DNA from: the human T2T-CHM13v2.0 reference genome, Homo sapiens
DNA: 64,000 bases
Reading direction: 5' to 3' (one strand)
Assembly: GCF_009914755.1 (NCBI RefSeq)
Contig: NC_060936.1
Under the pieces are notes generated by a model. The model searched no databases, was not told the DNA's origin, and saw only the letters and a list, made by a program, of their open reading frames with translations. Made by a program: the position numbers and the translations under genes. Numbering within the stretch: position 1 is the stretch's first letter; every line of letters starts with the position of its first letter. Positions 40,900 through 55,076 of this stretch are shown one piece after another.

Positions 40900-41276
40900 C
40901 TGTTTTATTTTTCACGGGGGTTTGGTGTACAGATTATTTGATCACCCAGGTAATAAGCATATTATCTGATAGGTAGTTTCTCAATACGCATCCTCCCCTT
41001 ACCCTCCACCCTCAAGTAAGTCCTGGTGTCTATTGTTCCTTTCTTTGTGTCCATGTCTACTCAATATTTAGTTCCCACTTATAAGTAAGAACTTGTGGTA
41101 TTTGATTTCCTGCTTCTGCATTAGTTTGCTCAGAATAAGGGCCTCCAGCTCCTTCCATGTTGCTGCAAAGGACATGATCTCATTCTTTTTTATGGCTATG
41201 TAGTATTCTACGGTGTATATGTACACATTTTCTTCATCCAGTCTACTGTCAATGGGCATTTATGTTGATTCCAAGG
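40900..41276 (-). mobile_element. L1PA 3' end inserted into a MIR
   Basis: TTTGGTGTACAGATTATTT, CCCACTTATAAGT; TSD AAGATGTGTT (40890-99) / AAGACGTGTT (41277-86). Confidence 0.93.
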
Positions 41277-42099
41277 AAGACGTGTTGTGATTTATATTCT
41301 AAGACTACTAGCAGCATGATTTTAGGCTATTTTAGTGCCAAAGGCCTTGATTTCCTTATCTGTTAAATTTCCACACATTTTTAACATTCAGTGATTCCTT
41401 ATGGCTGAGAGGCTAAATAGATACTAATAATTTGATTTGAATGAATTCAGTGTTTTTAATGGTTACCTAACTGGCTTGCTTAAACTTATCCTCGTATTTT
41501 TTTTTTTGAGTTCAACTTTTGGTTTTGTTTTGTTTGTTTCATTTTTCATAGTATCATCTCTTCCGATTGTTAGTGGTTTTCTATAATTTGATATAGATTC
41601 TTGATTACGTAACATTTTGATTTAGGAGAGGTATAAAGTACTGATAGATGTAGCAAAGATGATCATAAAAACAAATATTCTATGATCATCTTTGTGTACT
41701 TACGGTAGTGATTAAAAAGGTAGTTTAACTTGCAGCATCTATTTTATAAATAGATTTTATTTTTTAGAGAGGTGTTAGGGTCATAGCAAAATTGAGGGGA
41801 AAGTGAAATAAAATTGAGAAGAAGGTACAGAGACTTTTCATATATCTCATTTTTATATCCATATTATATGTAAAATAATTAGCTTGAAATCTGTGCCATT
41901 TTAAGCATCACTTGTTGATTCAGATAATTATGACTACTATTCATACAATTAAAATCTGAATTTTCTCCGCATCTTTTTCCGAAACTGTACTTATTAAGCT
42001 TGTGAAATATTACATTGAGTCATCACTTGTTATCCCTTATTTTCCTTGACCTTTGCTTAATATTTACACTCTCCTAAACACCCCTCCCCATGAACATTT

Positions 42100-43100
42100 G
42101 AAATCTTCTTTCCTCTGGCCATTTGGATTCATAATTCTTTGTTGGCTCACTGCCTACATACTCAATATTGACATACTCCATAGTTCCATTCTAGGATCTC
42201 TTCTGACTCCACTCATTGCTAGGTGAGTTTATGACTTCAATAAAATGCCCTCCAAATGTATACCTCTAATTTTCAACTCTATCCCAGATCCAGATTCATG
42301 TTTCTAATAGCAGCCCATTCCATTTAGATCTCCTGCAAGACCCTCAAAATCAACACTAACAGAAGTAATATTTAGTAATCTCTCTCTTCAATAATGTTTC
42401 TTCTCCTCTAATGTTTATTCTTAGTACTGGCAAGTCATCTATGCAGTGATCTAAGAGAGAAATCTGAGACTCATAAAATTCTTTATTTCTCATGGCTTCC
42501 TAGTTATAGAAACAGGCTCTAGCATCCATGTTTGAGTGTGAATTTCAGCTCTATGGGTCTTGTACTTCCTACTGTTGTGACCTTGGAAAATATGGTTGAC
42601 TGCCCATTGCCTTAGTATCCTTATCTGTAACATGGCGATAATAGTAGAATGAACCACTTGGGGTTATTCTGAGAATTACATTTATTAAATAAGCATGAAG
42701 TTTTTAGAATGTTATCTAGCAAAGAGTGAGCACTCAGTAAGTGTTAGCTATTATTGTTATCATCATCATCATAATTATAATTTTCAAGTGATGCTTTTGA
42801 CTCACTGTTATTGCCTTTTTCTGGGACTTTGTGATCTCAGTCTTAGACTGTTGAGTTCTAGATTCTTCAAAATTATCTTGCCTTCAGTCATTCCCCTTCT
42901 TAATTTATGCTTTTCTCTGTTAATTGAGTGATCCTACACACTTTTAATAAAATTTGCCATATAATCTGCTTATATTATTTGCATATTCCTCTACTTGACT
43001 GATATTTATAAGAAGGATAATGTCTTATATATCTTTTTATTGCTAACCCTTGGCATAGAGCTAAAACTTAAGTTTTTGTTAAACAACATAATAAATGAAA
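42100..43100 (+). mobile_element. L2 fragments with a MIR at about 42500-42760
   Basis: CCCTCAAAATCAACA, AAATCTGAGACTCAT; MIR TGTGACCTTGG...ATCTGTAACATGG...GTTAGCTATTATT. Confidence 0.65.
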
Positions 43101-45979
43101 GTTTATTTAGAACTAAGTTGTAATTCAAGGCTTAAGATTTTTATGGTTATCAAATTATATTTACTAAATAGAGTGCTGAACAGACCAAAAATGTAAATGG
43201 TACTAATATTTGGTATGCATTTAAAACATATAATTTATAATACATTCATGAGTGGAGGTGAGCTGTAATTTCCAAAATAATGTCTGTTAAGTTTGAACTC
43301 CATAGTCCATTTAGAGGAATCTTACACAGATTGTTGCAGGAAGTTTTTAGGCCTAATCAAACACTTTCTGTCTAAATACACCCCCTCTGGTTAATCTTTA
43401 ACCATTGCACGAAAGCAATTAGAAGCCACTTTTTAATGTTTTCTTAAAGAATTAAGAATCCATGATAGGCCCTCTCTAACTAATCCTGCTAGGAAATCTA
43501 AGAACTTTAGTGATTGTTGAGCCCAGCATTAGGAGACAAGTATTTGACACCTTCCTTTTCTCCAGAGTACCCAGGACAACACAGCAGGCTCTCCTGTTAG
43601 ATAAGGTGTATGTTAAAACTGCCAATTCATGTTTTATTCTGGCTGGTTGGCTTATAATGGGTAATCTTTTGAGAAAACAAAAATGGTAGAATATTTGGAG
43701 CCATGAAAAGACAAAATAATTTCTTCTGAGTTTCTTCTTTGAATATGTTTTGGCTGTGCCAAAGGATTCATTAATTCAGTCAGTATAAGCATCAACTCCA
43801 AATCATTCTGGGAAAAAGTTGTCTGTTTATTCAATCATAATTTACTTCACTTCAAATTTGGACATGACCACAGAATTATACTCAGAGCAACAATCCAGGA
43901 CGTTGATTAAATGATGGGTTTTATTGAGTTTGAAAATTAATTAGAACTTTCCAAACATAGAATTATACTTTTCTTCTGTGGTGAATTATTGCCATAGATT
44001 GAAACATCAATTATACATGGATTTAGATGCCAAGAACATTTACTTCCAAATGAATAAGGATTTATGCATAGCGATCATAACTGTAAATATGAATTTGAGA
44101 TTATCATAATATTCATTCTGTATATTACTTAAATGAGAAATAATTATTGTCTTCTGAAATCATTTAAATTTTGTTATTCATTTTCTATATTAGAATTTTA
44201 GTTTGATCCTGTTTATACTTTGGTTTTTACTAAATTATACGCTGCTTCTTTGAGAAACTGTCTGTGATATTGTCTTTGTATTATCTTTCCGTGATGCTTT
44301 TAACATACTAGATATTTAAAAAATAACCCAAACTTCCATTTAGGTATATAAATAGTAAATTTATAAATTTATATTACTATTTATATATCTAAATTTACTC
44401 TTTATATACCTTTAATCCTTAAAGCAACCTTATAAGTATTTTAATGTATATTTTATAAATAAAAAAGCAGAGGGTCAGAAAATTTGAAGAGCTCCTCATC
44501 CAGTTTCACCAGGATAGGAAATGAAGAGGTTATGTTTACACCCAGATCTTTTTTCACTATGTCACACTGCATTACATATTGATTATTAGTAAAGGTAGAC
44601 ATTTAAAAAATACTATATAGGTTCTAGGAAAATCTTTGGTTAAAATATATTCAACCAAATAATTGAGAAAAAAAATTCCCTGGGTGCTATGACTTAAGTT
44701 TTCTCTACTATAAGGTTACCTGTCACCTCAGTGGATGAGTGTAAGGGATGATTCTGTCCTAAACATGGCTGAGCTCAGAAACTAATGTAGGCCAGATATT
44801 CCAATTAATGTTGAAGTGCTCATGAAACCGTTAGGTCTGATTTGGTGAATTCAACTAAGAGTTCTAGTCTTGTACATGGTGAAAAAAACAGTAGGAGATG
44901 TGTCAGTAGAAGTATTCTTTCAGGCAGGCTGCTGCTCGTAGTTCCTTGTGGGTTAATAAGGATCATACTCAGCATCTGGGATTCAGGGACAGTATCTGTC
45001 TCCCAAATCTCCAAAGCTCACCTCAATGAGAAGAATGCAGATAGGGCTAGGTAAGGGTAAGGAACTAGCCAACTTGGTTTAGGTTCATGTTAGGGCCCCA
45101 TTCCAGTGGAGACAGTGAACTGCAAATCAGTACATCCCACTTAGGAACTTTCACAGCACACAGTCACATACACTAAGATCTGTGCACGAATAACCAAGCT
45201 GCTTATTGTGATTAGTTCAAAGATGTGCCCATATATCAAGCCAGAATACTGAGAATCCCTTCTAGGATTCTTTCTTTAAATCATAGAAAGAGAAATTATG
45301 CAGTTGTTAGCTACAGTAATGTACACTAAAGTTTCTGTGGGTTACTATGTCAACTACTCTGAGAATATAACTAACACAGAGAAAGATGATTGATGAGCGA
45401 GAACAAAAAAGACAAAAAGGGAGAAGATAAGGGAAAGAGGAGGAGGACAGAGAAAGAGAAAAAAAGAGCCTAGTTTTCTTATATTGTTTGAGCACCTAGT
45501 TCCAGACATTCCTGAACTATTTGCGGAATTTTACACTTCAAATACTATTATTATTATTATTTTTTACTTAAGGTAATTTGATTTTACAATGTGAACTCCT
45601 CATATTAATGAATAACAACCTTGGAAAAGTCACTTCATGGACTTTATCATGAAATGGGGATATTAAATAAACATAATAATACTAACAATAATAATAAATG
45701 ATGTCAGTCTTGCATGACTGTTATAAATAGTGAATGATATAATACATGTGAAAGGCAGAAATAATTACTAATTATTATTCTTTAAAGAGTTACCTGGGTA
45801 CTTTGTATTTTGTTGACAAACATAAAAATATATGTCTAGCATTGAAAAGGGATATGATCGTCATTATTATAGATAACAGGATCTTTTATTTAGAAAGTCC
45901 CCCAAATACAGAAAAAGATTTAGGGAGTAATGTAAGATTTTTGTCTTTTTTTTTAAAGCTGGATATAGAATTAATGAAT

Positions 45980-46450
45980 AAACATTTTTTGTGCTTTCAG
46001 TTTATATACCAGCAAAAATAACTGGAAATTGCAATTAAGTAGAAGATAATACTGCTTGCAGTATTCTCAGAGAATATCAAGTACATAGATAAAGCTAACA
46101 TACAGTGTGAAGGACCTCTGCAAAGAAAATTTTAAAACTTTATTAGTAGATATGAAAGAACACAAATAATGTGAAGATTACGTTCAATTTTCCCCAAATA
46201 AGTTATTAATTAAAAGCAATTTTAATCAAAATTTCAGAGTTTTCCATGAAATTTGATAAAATGTATGTGTTAGAGTAAATGTTCAAGATCAGCTATTAGA
46301 TATCTTAGGAGGAATATGAAATGGGAATTGCCATATCCACTGTCAGAACTTAGTATGAATCTACAGTAAATTAGACAAGGTGGCACTAATTCAAAGAAAG
46401 AAAAAAAAATGACCAATGGAATTCTAAAGAGGGAGCCCAGAAGAGTGGCT
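45980..46450 (+). mobile_element. Old L1M ORF2 fragment
   Basis: TTTATATACCAGCAA, CCTCTGCAAAGAAAATTTTAAAAC, GACCAATGGAA. Confidence 0.6.
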
Positions 46451-47478
46451 GTGTGGCTGTGTCACTTTATCTAAGTTGGAACAGTGATTCCCAGAATTGT
46501 CATAATTTTGCGTTGGATGACATTTCCAAAACCTTCATTCATTTTAGTAGTTCAAGGGCTGATTCACATTGTTTTCAGTGAATTTTTCCTGGTTACCTTA
46601 GCCACAAGTAGACCATACCTGTACCTCTTGCATATTTTAGGAAACAGACCTTCTTTGGAAAGGTTAGCATGGTGCCTTAGTTGTAGGAAGTAAAAACAGG
46701 TTGCCAAGGGGGAGAATTCAAACACAACGTAGAAAGCAAGCTTATTCCTAGTCTAGGGGCTTTAAAAATGATCTGTTGTTATTGTTGGACAGATTATAAA
46801 GTTCTACTAAGGACACATTGAAGGAATACCACAATATTTTATCTTCAATTTAAGTAAATAACCACAAAATGTATCATTCCAAGGTTGCTGCTGGCTGAAC
46901 ATTTTATCAACATGACATTTTAATATAGAGAATAGAAATTCTCAAACTTTGCTCCTTAAGATATTAATAGACACTTCTATCAAGAAAGAAAAAAAAGGAA
47001 GAAAAGAAAAAAGTAAATTTGGATATATTTGGCAAATGCTGTCAAATATTAACTACCCATGGCTAATTAACAATGTCAACTAGCATACAAAATTATATGG
47101 AAAAGCTGGCAGGAAAAGTGTAGACTGTTTCCTCCCTTTAAATCTGGATCAGACTTTTAACTACTTCAACCAGAAGAGTAAGGCAGAAGTGATATTGTAT
47201 GACTTCGAATAGTAGGTCATAAAAAAGACGTAGCTTCCACTTGACCCATACTGTTTGGAATGCTAGCTCTGGGTAAGCCAGCCACCATGCTGTAAACTCA
47301 AACTGGGTTTGGATCGTAATCTGAAAGACAAAAACCTGAATGCCATAATCCTGAATGTTAAAATCCCCAAAGATCAAAATTCCTTATGTCTAAAATCCCA
47401 AAACATCAGACCTTGAAAATATAATTTTGGAGACGAAAATATCAAAGACATTATTTACATTTTAAAAATGGGGTTTAG

Positions 47479-47891
<413 letters not shown>

Positions 47892-48429
47892 CTAACAAGT
47901 CACACAAATATAACAGTTATAAATCAACCATATTTATAAAGAAATAGGTCGAAAAGCAAAATGCATAAACATATATCACTATGGTTGGCAATTGTGTGCA
48001 CCCAACTTTTTAACTGTGGTCATGTAAAATACTATGATGGACACACTGAGTCTTTTGACAAGATCTATCAAATACTGCAATGGGTCCCAACAAAGTATGC
48101 AGTTGCCCAAAGAGCTGAGATCTTGAAAAAATTTTTTCTTTCACAAATGCAGATATACAAAGTAAGATATATCTTCATGTATTGAGGATCAGAGTTTTTA
48201 TATTCACTCACAATGCTTACACATGAAGTGAACATTGTGATAATGCATTTTTGTGGAGTCAAATTTGAAGAAGAAAATATAAAAGTTTTTAAACAATGAT
48301 GTAATGATTAAATATATAACAGCAAACTGGCATTACGGTACAGAAGTACACTATCAAATTACTTGGTAGAGGAGATTTCAAGCATTTTTCACCTGTGTTT
48401 TCACCTCTATGATCTTCAAAATACTCTGC

Positions 48430-48629
48430 ACTTGTGTTTGGAGAGTGGTTGTGGTCCATACATTCCATAAGTGTATGCTGTGCATTTGAAAATCTGGTTA
48501 TTGCTCAGATATCACAAGCAATTTTCTGCTTTCACATGCAGTACCTATAATAGTTAGCTTTTAAACTTTTATCATTACGCCATTATCACAGCCTTTTTGT
48601 GAGGGAATAATTTCACAGATCTCTTTCAT
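48430..48629 (-). pseudogene. Decayed MuDR transposase N-terminal FLYWCH-type zinc finger
   Basis: Frameshifted pieces MKEICEIIPSQKGCD / DKSLKANYY / CESRK / AITRFSNAQHTLMECMDHNHSPN. Confidence 0.65.
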
Positions 48630-48680
48630 TGTGTTGTATACAGTAAAAGGAGTAACACTTAGCTTCCCTAATACCACATC

Positions 48681-49220
48681 TGTGTTAGTCAGAGTTCTTC
48701 ACAGAGACAGAAGCATTAGGATATGTATATAAATATATGAGAAGGGATTTATTATGATAATTTGTTCACACAATTATGGGGCTGAGAGTCCCATGACAAG
48801 CTGTCTGCCAGCTGGAGACCTGGGAATGCCAGCAGCATGGCTCAGTCCAAGTCTGAAGGCCTGAGAACCAGGGAAGCTGATGGTATAGCCAAAAGCTTTG
48901 GGACCTGGGGAGCCACTGGTGTAAGTCTCGGAGTCCAAAGGCCGGTGAGTCTGGAGTTCTCATGTCCAAGGCTGCAGAAAAAAAGTCTGTCCCAGCTCTC
49001 AGAGATAGGGACCAATTTGTCTTCTGAATTTGTTCTCAGGGCCCATGGCCTATTAGATGGTGCCCATCAACACTGAGGGCAGATCTTCTCCACCTAATTT
49101 ACTTACACTCAGATGCTAATCTCTTCTGGAAACATCCTCACAGACACACCCAAAATAATACATTACCAGATTTCTAGATATTCCTTAATCCAGTCAAGTT
49201 AACACCAAAAATTAAGTCCA
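48681..49220 (-). mobile_element. MLT2B-like ERVL LTR inside Ricksha
   Basis: TGTGTTAGTCAGAGTTCTTCACAGAGACAGAA, CAGTCCAAGTCTGAAGGCCTGAGAACCAGG, CCAGTCAAGTTAACAC. Confidence 0.9.
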
Positions 49221-49575
49221 TGCAACTGTCTTTCACACAACTGAAAAATGCACTAATTTCTTCCCCAGAATTCAGCTTTCAGGATTTTAACACTTAGGGT
49301 TTTAATGTTTCAGTATTGTCTGGATTTTAGACATCAGGGATTTTAGATTTTAGGGATTTTGACTTTGGGGATTTCAACATTTTGGATTATGGAGTTTGGA
49401 TTATGATCAGCACAAAGTTGTCTCAACACTATGAATTAAAAAGTTTGTGTTTGCCCAGGATTGAAGATGCAGTCTTCACTTTAAAACAAATGTGATAAGT
49501 GTAATAGAATCACTTTTAACTCTCAATTCTGTCCTTTCCATCTTATTTTACATGCACTGTTTTAATTATCTAAGC

Positions 49576-49866
49576 TTTTTTTTTTTTTTTTTTGAGATGG
49601 AGTCTTGCTTTGTCGCCCAGGCTGGGCACGATATCAGCTCACTGCAACCTCTGCCTCCCAGGTTCAAGCAGTTCTCCTGTCTTAGCCTCCTGAGTAGCTG
49701 GGATTACAGGCATGTGCTACCACACGCAGCTAATTTTTGTATTTTTAGTAGAGATGGGGTTTCGCCGTGTTGGCCAGGCTGGTCTCAAATTCCTGACCTC
49801 AGGTGATCCACCTGCCTTGGCCTCCCAAAGTGCTGAGATTACAGGCATGAGCCATCTCGCCCAGCC
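49576..49866 (-). mobile_element. AluS (Sx-like)
   Basis: Poly-T, Alu body; TSD AATTATCTAAGCTT / AATTATTGAAGCTT. Confidence 0.95.
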
Positions 49867-50737
49867 AATTATTGAAGCTTTTTATTGTGTGCTATTTTAC
49901 TATCTGATAGGGCTGGTCTCCTTACATTGTTTTCTTACTTAGAGTTTCAGTGGCTTTTATTGTTCATTTATTTTTCTTGCTGTAAATTCGAATCAGCACA
50001 TCCATTTCTTCCAGGGTTGAAAATAAATAAAACCTGTAGAAACCTTTTCATTGTTATTGTATTGAATTTCTTAATTTTATTGTTCCTGTTGATATGGTAC
50101 ACAAGACTTTCTCTTCCATTATATTTTTACCTAGATCTTGTCATTTATGATGACAGTATATCTCTGTATTATTTTTAAATCACTATGTTACTGAATTATC
50201 TTTTTGTTTGGATAGACGTTTGTTTGGATAGCTAGAGAATAATTGCATCTACAAATAATAAAAACTTTACCTTCCCATTTATATACATCTCTTTATTTTC
50301 CTAATATATTTTCACTGGAGAATACCTACCAAAAATGTACAATATATAGTTGTGACAGCAACAGCCTTTTATTATTACTAGCTTTAATGAAACTGTCCCC
50401 AGTATTATTTTTCCATTTAATCTGATGCTGGCTTTCAGACTGATATGAATATAAATGTTCAATCAATATCTGTCTATTTTTCTATCTATCCATATCTTCC
50501 CTTCTCTAAATTTTGTTTGTTATGCAATCTCTATAGTGTCCAAAAATATAACCTTCAATTTCACTCTTTTACTCTAATCACCCTCCCCACCTTTTATTTT
50601 TGGATCTGCAGTTAAATGTAGTCAGTGCTAGTAGGTCATCTTTTTACTGCTATTTGAATGGAATTCATTATCAGGCAGTCTCTTCAAGGACTATGTGAAT
50701 GCTCTTCCCTGAGTACCTTCAAGTTAAAAACCATTTG

Positions 50738-50908
50738 TTGGGCAAGGGGAGGAGAGCATTAGGGCAAATATCTAATGCATGCGGGGCTTAAAACCTAGAT
50801 GATGGGTTGATAGGTGCAGCAAACCACCATGGCACATGTATACCTATGTAACGAACCTGCATGTTCTCCGTATGTATCCCAGAACTTTAAGTAAAATAAA
50901 TAAATAAA
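50738..50908 (+). mobile_element. L1PA 3' terminal fragment
   Basis: GGGGCTTAAAACCTAGATGATGGGTTGATAGGTGCAGCAAACCACCATGGCAC, (AAAT)n tail. Confidence 0.93.
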
Positions 50909-51292
50909 CAATGATAGAGATGCAACTTCATCTAATTATAAAGATGTTTATTGCGGTGTTGTTTATCATAAAAAGTTGAAACTTCCTAAGTACCTAACAA
51001 CACAAGGTTAAGAAAACATTGGTAAATCCATATATTAAAAAATAGAATTGATGTGGAAAGATGTTCAAGATAATGGTGAAATAAAAAAGTAGATTGCAAA
51101 ACAGTAGGCACAGTAGGATCCTATTTTGGTAAAAAAGACATATGTCTGTGTTAGCTGTGTACACATAAGAAATGACTAGAAGGTATGTAGAGTGGGTCCC
51201 TGTGGGTGATGAGATTACAAGTAATTTGGAAATTCTTCTTTTTGGTTCTCTATATGCTCTGCAAATAACTAGAGGTAGTTATCACTGGTACC

Positions 51293-51612
51293 TGTTAAGT
51301 GCTGATTATGTCTCCCCAAATTCAAATGCTGGAGTTCAGGATATGACTATTTGGATACAGGATTTTTAAAGAGGTAATTGAGTTAAAATAAGGTCATATG
51401 AGTGGGCCCTAATCTGATATGACTGGTGTCCTTATAAAAGGAGGAAACTTGGACACAGACATATATAAAGGGAAGTCCATGTGAAGACATAGATAGAAGA
51501 CAGCCATCTACAAGCCAATAAGAGAGGCCTTAGAAGAAAGCAACTCTGCTGACACCTTGATATTAAACTTTTAGCCTGTGAAACTGTGAGAAAATACATT
51601 TTTGTTGTTTAA
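51293..51612 (+). mobile_element. MaLR LTR (MLT1B-like) among old L1M fragments
   Basis: GTGGGCCCTAATCTGATATGACTGGTGTCCTTATAAAAGGAGG, GCTGACACCTTGAT, ACTGTGAGAAAATA. Confidence 0.88.
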
Positions 51613-54489
51613 AAAAATTTTTTTAAATGTCTTTACCCTACATACCTGAAGGAGAGCTTATAGGAATGTGAAGAAGATTCATATGGAATGTTGTGTGCAA
51701 GTCTGATACCAGCTTCATTGTTTTCTCATATATGTGACACAATATTTTTTGCCTGGATTCTTTAATTTGAAAGTCAAATAAATTTACAAAGAAATGTAAC
51801 ATTGTCCTGAGTGAATTTTTCTTGGTACACAATATGGTCTTTCAATATATGAAATGATATAGTTCTGTTTCAGAATGTTTTCTTTAATTACATATTTAAC
51901 TTTTTGTCTTGTCTCATTGTTTAGTTTCCTTCAGGAATTTCAGTGATATGTACAGTGGAATCACCTTTTCCTTTTATGTTTATCATTTTTCTTTTAGTGG
52001 CTACTGTCCTTTTCTGTAATTTAAGCCATTATTTCTCAAGTATTTTGGCTATTTTCCTTCTATTTACTTCCTGAGAGCTACAGTTTTCCCTTTCTCTTTC
52101 TTCTGTGGTATGCTTCCTACCTATTCCAGCCTATACTGCTGTTCTCAGCATTCTTGTATTCCTGATCTTCTCTTAAATCAACAATTGCTACATTGTTGTT
52201 GTTTTTATGGTGGTTTTCATGTAGTAATGTTGAATTGTAATTATTGAAGACATTGTGAGATTTTTTTCCTTGTGAATTTTTTTCTAGTGAGTTTTTCTCA
52301 CATGTATAAAAGATTCATAACTTTAACTTTTGTTGTAACAGTATGCAGTGTTTTAAAATTTTCTTTAAATATTTATATGTAAGACAGATAAATTTTCCTG
52401 GATGAGCTGATAGCAGATAAATACTATTATATGTATATGGCAAGTGGAATGGAGGGAGGCAAGGAGAGGGACAGGGTAGCTTCGAAATATACAATCCTTG
52501 CTCCTTGTCCCTCTAGGTATGTGGGATTCTGTAACTTATTCAGATGATCTGGACTTTGTGTAATTTTGCTTACTTCATTGGTCTGATGTGAAGAAGTCAA
52601 GCACAGTGCTGGTTATATAATGAATATGCAGTGGGTGAAAATTCTCATTCTACCTTCTGTCTAACCTGATTTGTCTAAGCTGTAGAAATTATAAAATGGT
52701 TGGCTTCTATTGTAGCATACATTAAAACACAAAAACCAAGTAAGTGTTCAAATATAAAAACTGGTCTCTGTTCTCTGCCCAGAACAATGAGGTTAATGCA
52801 AATAAATAAATAAATAAAGAACAAAGAATTACTGCAGATTTTCTGCGTACCTTATTTATTTATTTACATCAACTACATTGTCTTGGTCAGAAAGCAGATA
52901 CCAATTTTGATCTGTTCCATAGGGAAACTTTTTGATACTTGTTAATCATTTGAGTGAATGGAAACTTAGAGGTGCTAAAAGGGAGGATGAATGAATATCA
53001 TTTCAAAAGTAACAATTCTCATCAACAAAAAGAAGACTCTTGGCTTTGAGTAGCAAAAGATTCTTTTGTCAGGGCACATTTATTCATCATGTGTACGAAA
53101 GCTCAGTGGAAAATATTAGTATAGTTATGAGATTAAGAAGTTTTTGACATAAGTATGAAATCATTAATTATTCAAATGTATCACTTCAATTAAAAATATT
53201 TGTAAACATTTAATAAATAGGGCATCTTTAATATTTGATGTTAGAATGGCTTAGTCATACCATCAAAATTAAAGAAAATATAAATTAAAACTATCTAAAT
53301 TTTTAATAATATATTCAAAAATAAAGTCAATATGCACACAACAGTATAAAAAGTTATGTATTTTTTATTTGAAAAAGTAGATTTCTAAGTTAAGTATCTA
53401 AGTTTGTTCTGGATCATATATATAAAACTATGAAATTATTTTGTGTAACTGTGTACTTCTTCATGAAGAATTAGGTCATCTTGATACATTAAGAGACAGG
53501 GCATTTATTGATAAGCTTTAATAGTAAGGTACACATACTGAAGCCTATTTTAGAAAATATCTTCCAGTGGATACTTTAGAAAACTTGGGTAATTTATGAA
53601 ATTGAACTTGGCAGCTTAAGAGAAAGACATAGTTTATATGCTATGGCTACTGTATTTCAGCAACTTGTTTGTTTAAGAGCAGCTTTTTCATTTAAATAAT
53701 TTTTTAGAAGAAAAACATCAGAGAAACTTCAAACTTTTTTTTATTTGTTAGAAATTAAAATATTCATAAGTGTTTATCCAACATAAATGAAATTATTTCT
53801 CCTCTTTTGAAACTTTAGGTAAAAGCTTAGTGAAAATGAACTTCCTCTTTAAAGATTTACAATTCTTCATATTTCTTTTCATGGGAACAGAAAGGCTGAA
53901 ATATCATTTTCCCTTTAAGAGTACAGTATTTTTGTTTCAGAGCCAAACTAAACTAAAGCCATCTGGGAAACTGCCCTTCCTCACCTTTCAATTTATTTAC
54001 CTAGTGGAGATGATGACCCACAACTCTTACTGTTTTCATATTTCAGTTCACCTAACAACTTTGAATAAATACCATCCATTTGCCTATATGATTTTTATTT
54101 GTTTTTATTATTTTTAATTTGTTCTCTATATGTCTATCTCTTTATCCAAAAATAAAGTTCTTAACAATATATAATTATCTCTTTCTCTCTCTTTTCCTCG
54201 TTTCTCTTGCTTTATCTCAATTTCCAGTATGATGAAAGTCACAAAACATATATTATTAGTTACTCCCTTAATTTAACAGAAAGTGATGACCTATGAGACT
54301 TGGAAGATTTTAGCTTCTAAAACTAATATAGTTTCTAAATCTAGTAAAGAGCATTTAAAAACATTCTCTTTTATTTTCAAATTCCTATTGTATATATTTC
54401 AAATCACACTATGCATTATTGCAAAGATCTCCTGTGTTCTCCTTATGGTACGTATTTTCTCCTCTTGGTGCTTAGTCTAGCCCTAGATA

Positions 54490-54750
54490 CCCAAGAGACA
54501 ATGATCAGTGAGAAAGATGTTGGATCTTCCTTCATGGAGGTCCAGCCACTTAGAAATGATAGACTAAAAAACAGTCAAATATGTAGAAGAGTTAACAATT
54601 GTGGTAACTGCTATTAACAAATAAATTAGGTACTGAGGTAGAAAGTGATAGGAAGACCTACTTTCGATTAGATAGTCAGGGAATTGTTTCCTGGGGACGC
54701 CAACTTAAGGTGAGACATGAAGGATGAGGAGATAACCATGCAAATAGCTT
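54490..54750 (-). mobile_element. L2 fragment
   Basis: CCTTCATGGAG, GATAGTCAGGGAA, TGAGACATGAAGGATGAG. Confidence 0.6.
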
Positions 54751-55076
54751 GACTCAGCCTGACATTACTGTCAATATTAAGATTTCCATGTGACATATTA
54801 TATATCTTTCTTCTACTTCTCTGTTGTGTGTGTGTTTGTGTTTGTGTGGGTGTGGGTGTGGGTGTGGTTTTTGAAGTATCTTTCCTTTACCTTTTTCATT
54901 ACTGTTAGCTTTTGTTAAAAAACCTTATTAACCCCATTAACAGACTCTTTTTCCACTTTGACTTCCCTTTCAAACTATTCTCTCAGCAACTTGTACATAT
55001 CTATTAACTTTCTACCCGGCCCCCAAATTCTTAGTTTTTAATAGTCTTAATTGGAGGCTTGGAGATCAAGCCTCCA

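Noticed and set aside
44680-45590. GC-richer unassigned stretch with overlapping small ORFs
   Set aside because: Right end resembles an ancient ERVL-type LTR terminus; ORFs have no recognisable similarity; family not assignable by eye.
47305-47400. Regularly spaced AAAATCCC repeats resembling an array
   Set aside because: Subterminal repeats of the Ricksha TIR; not CRISPR-like, no spacers or cas genes.
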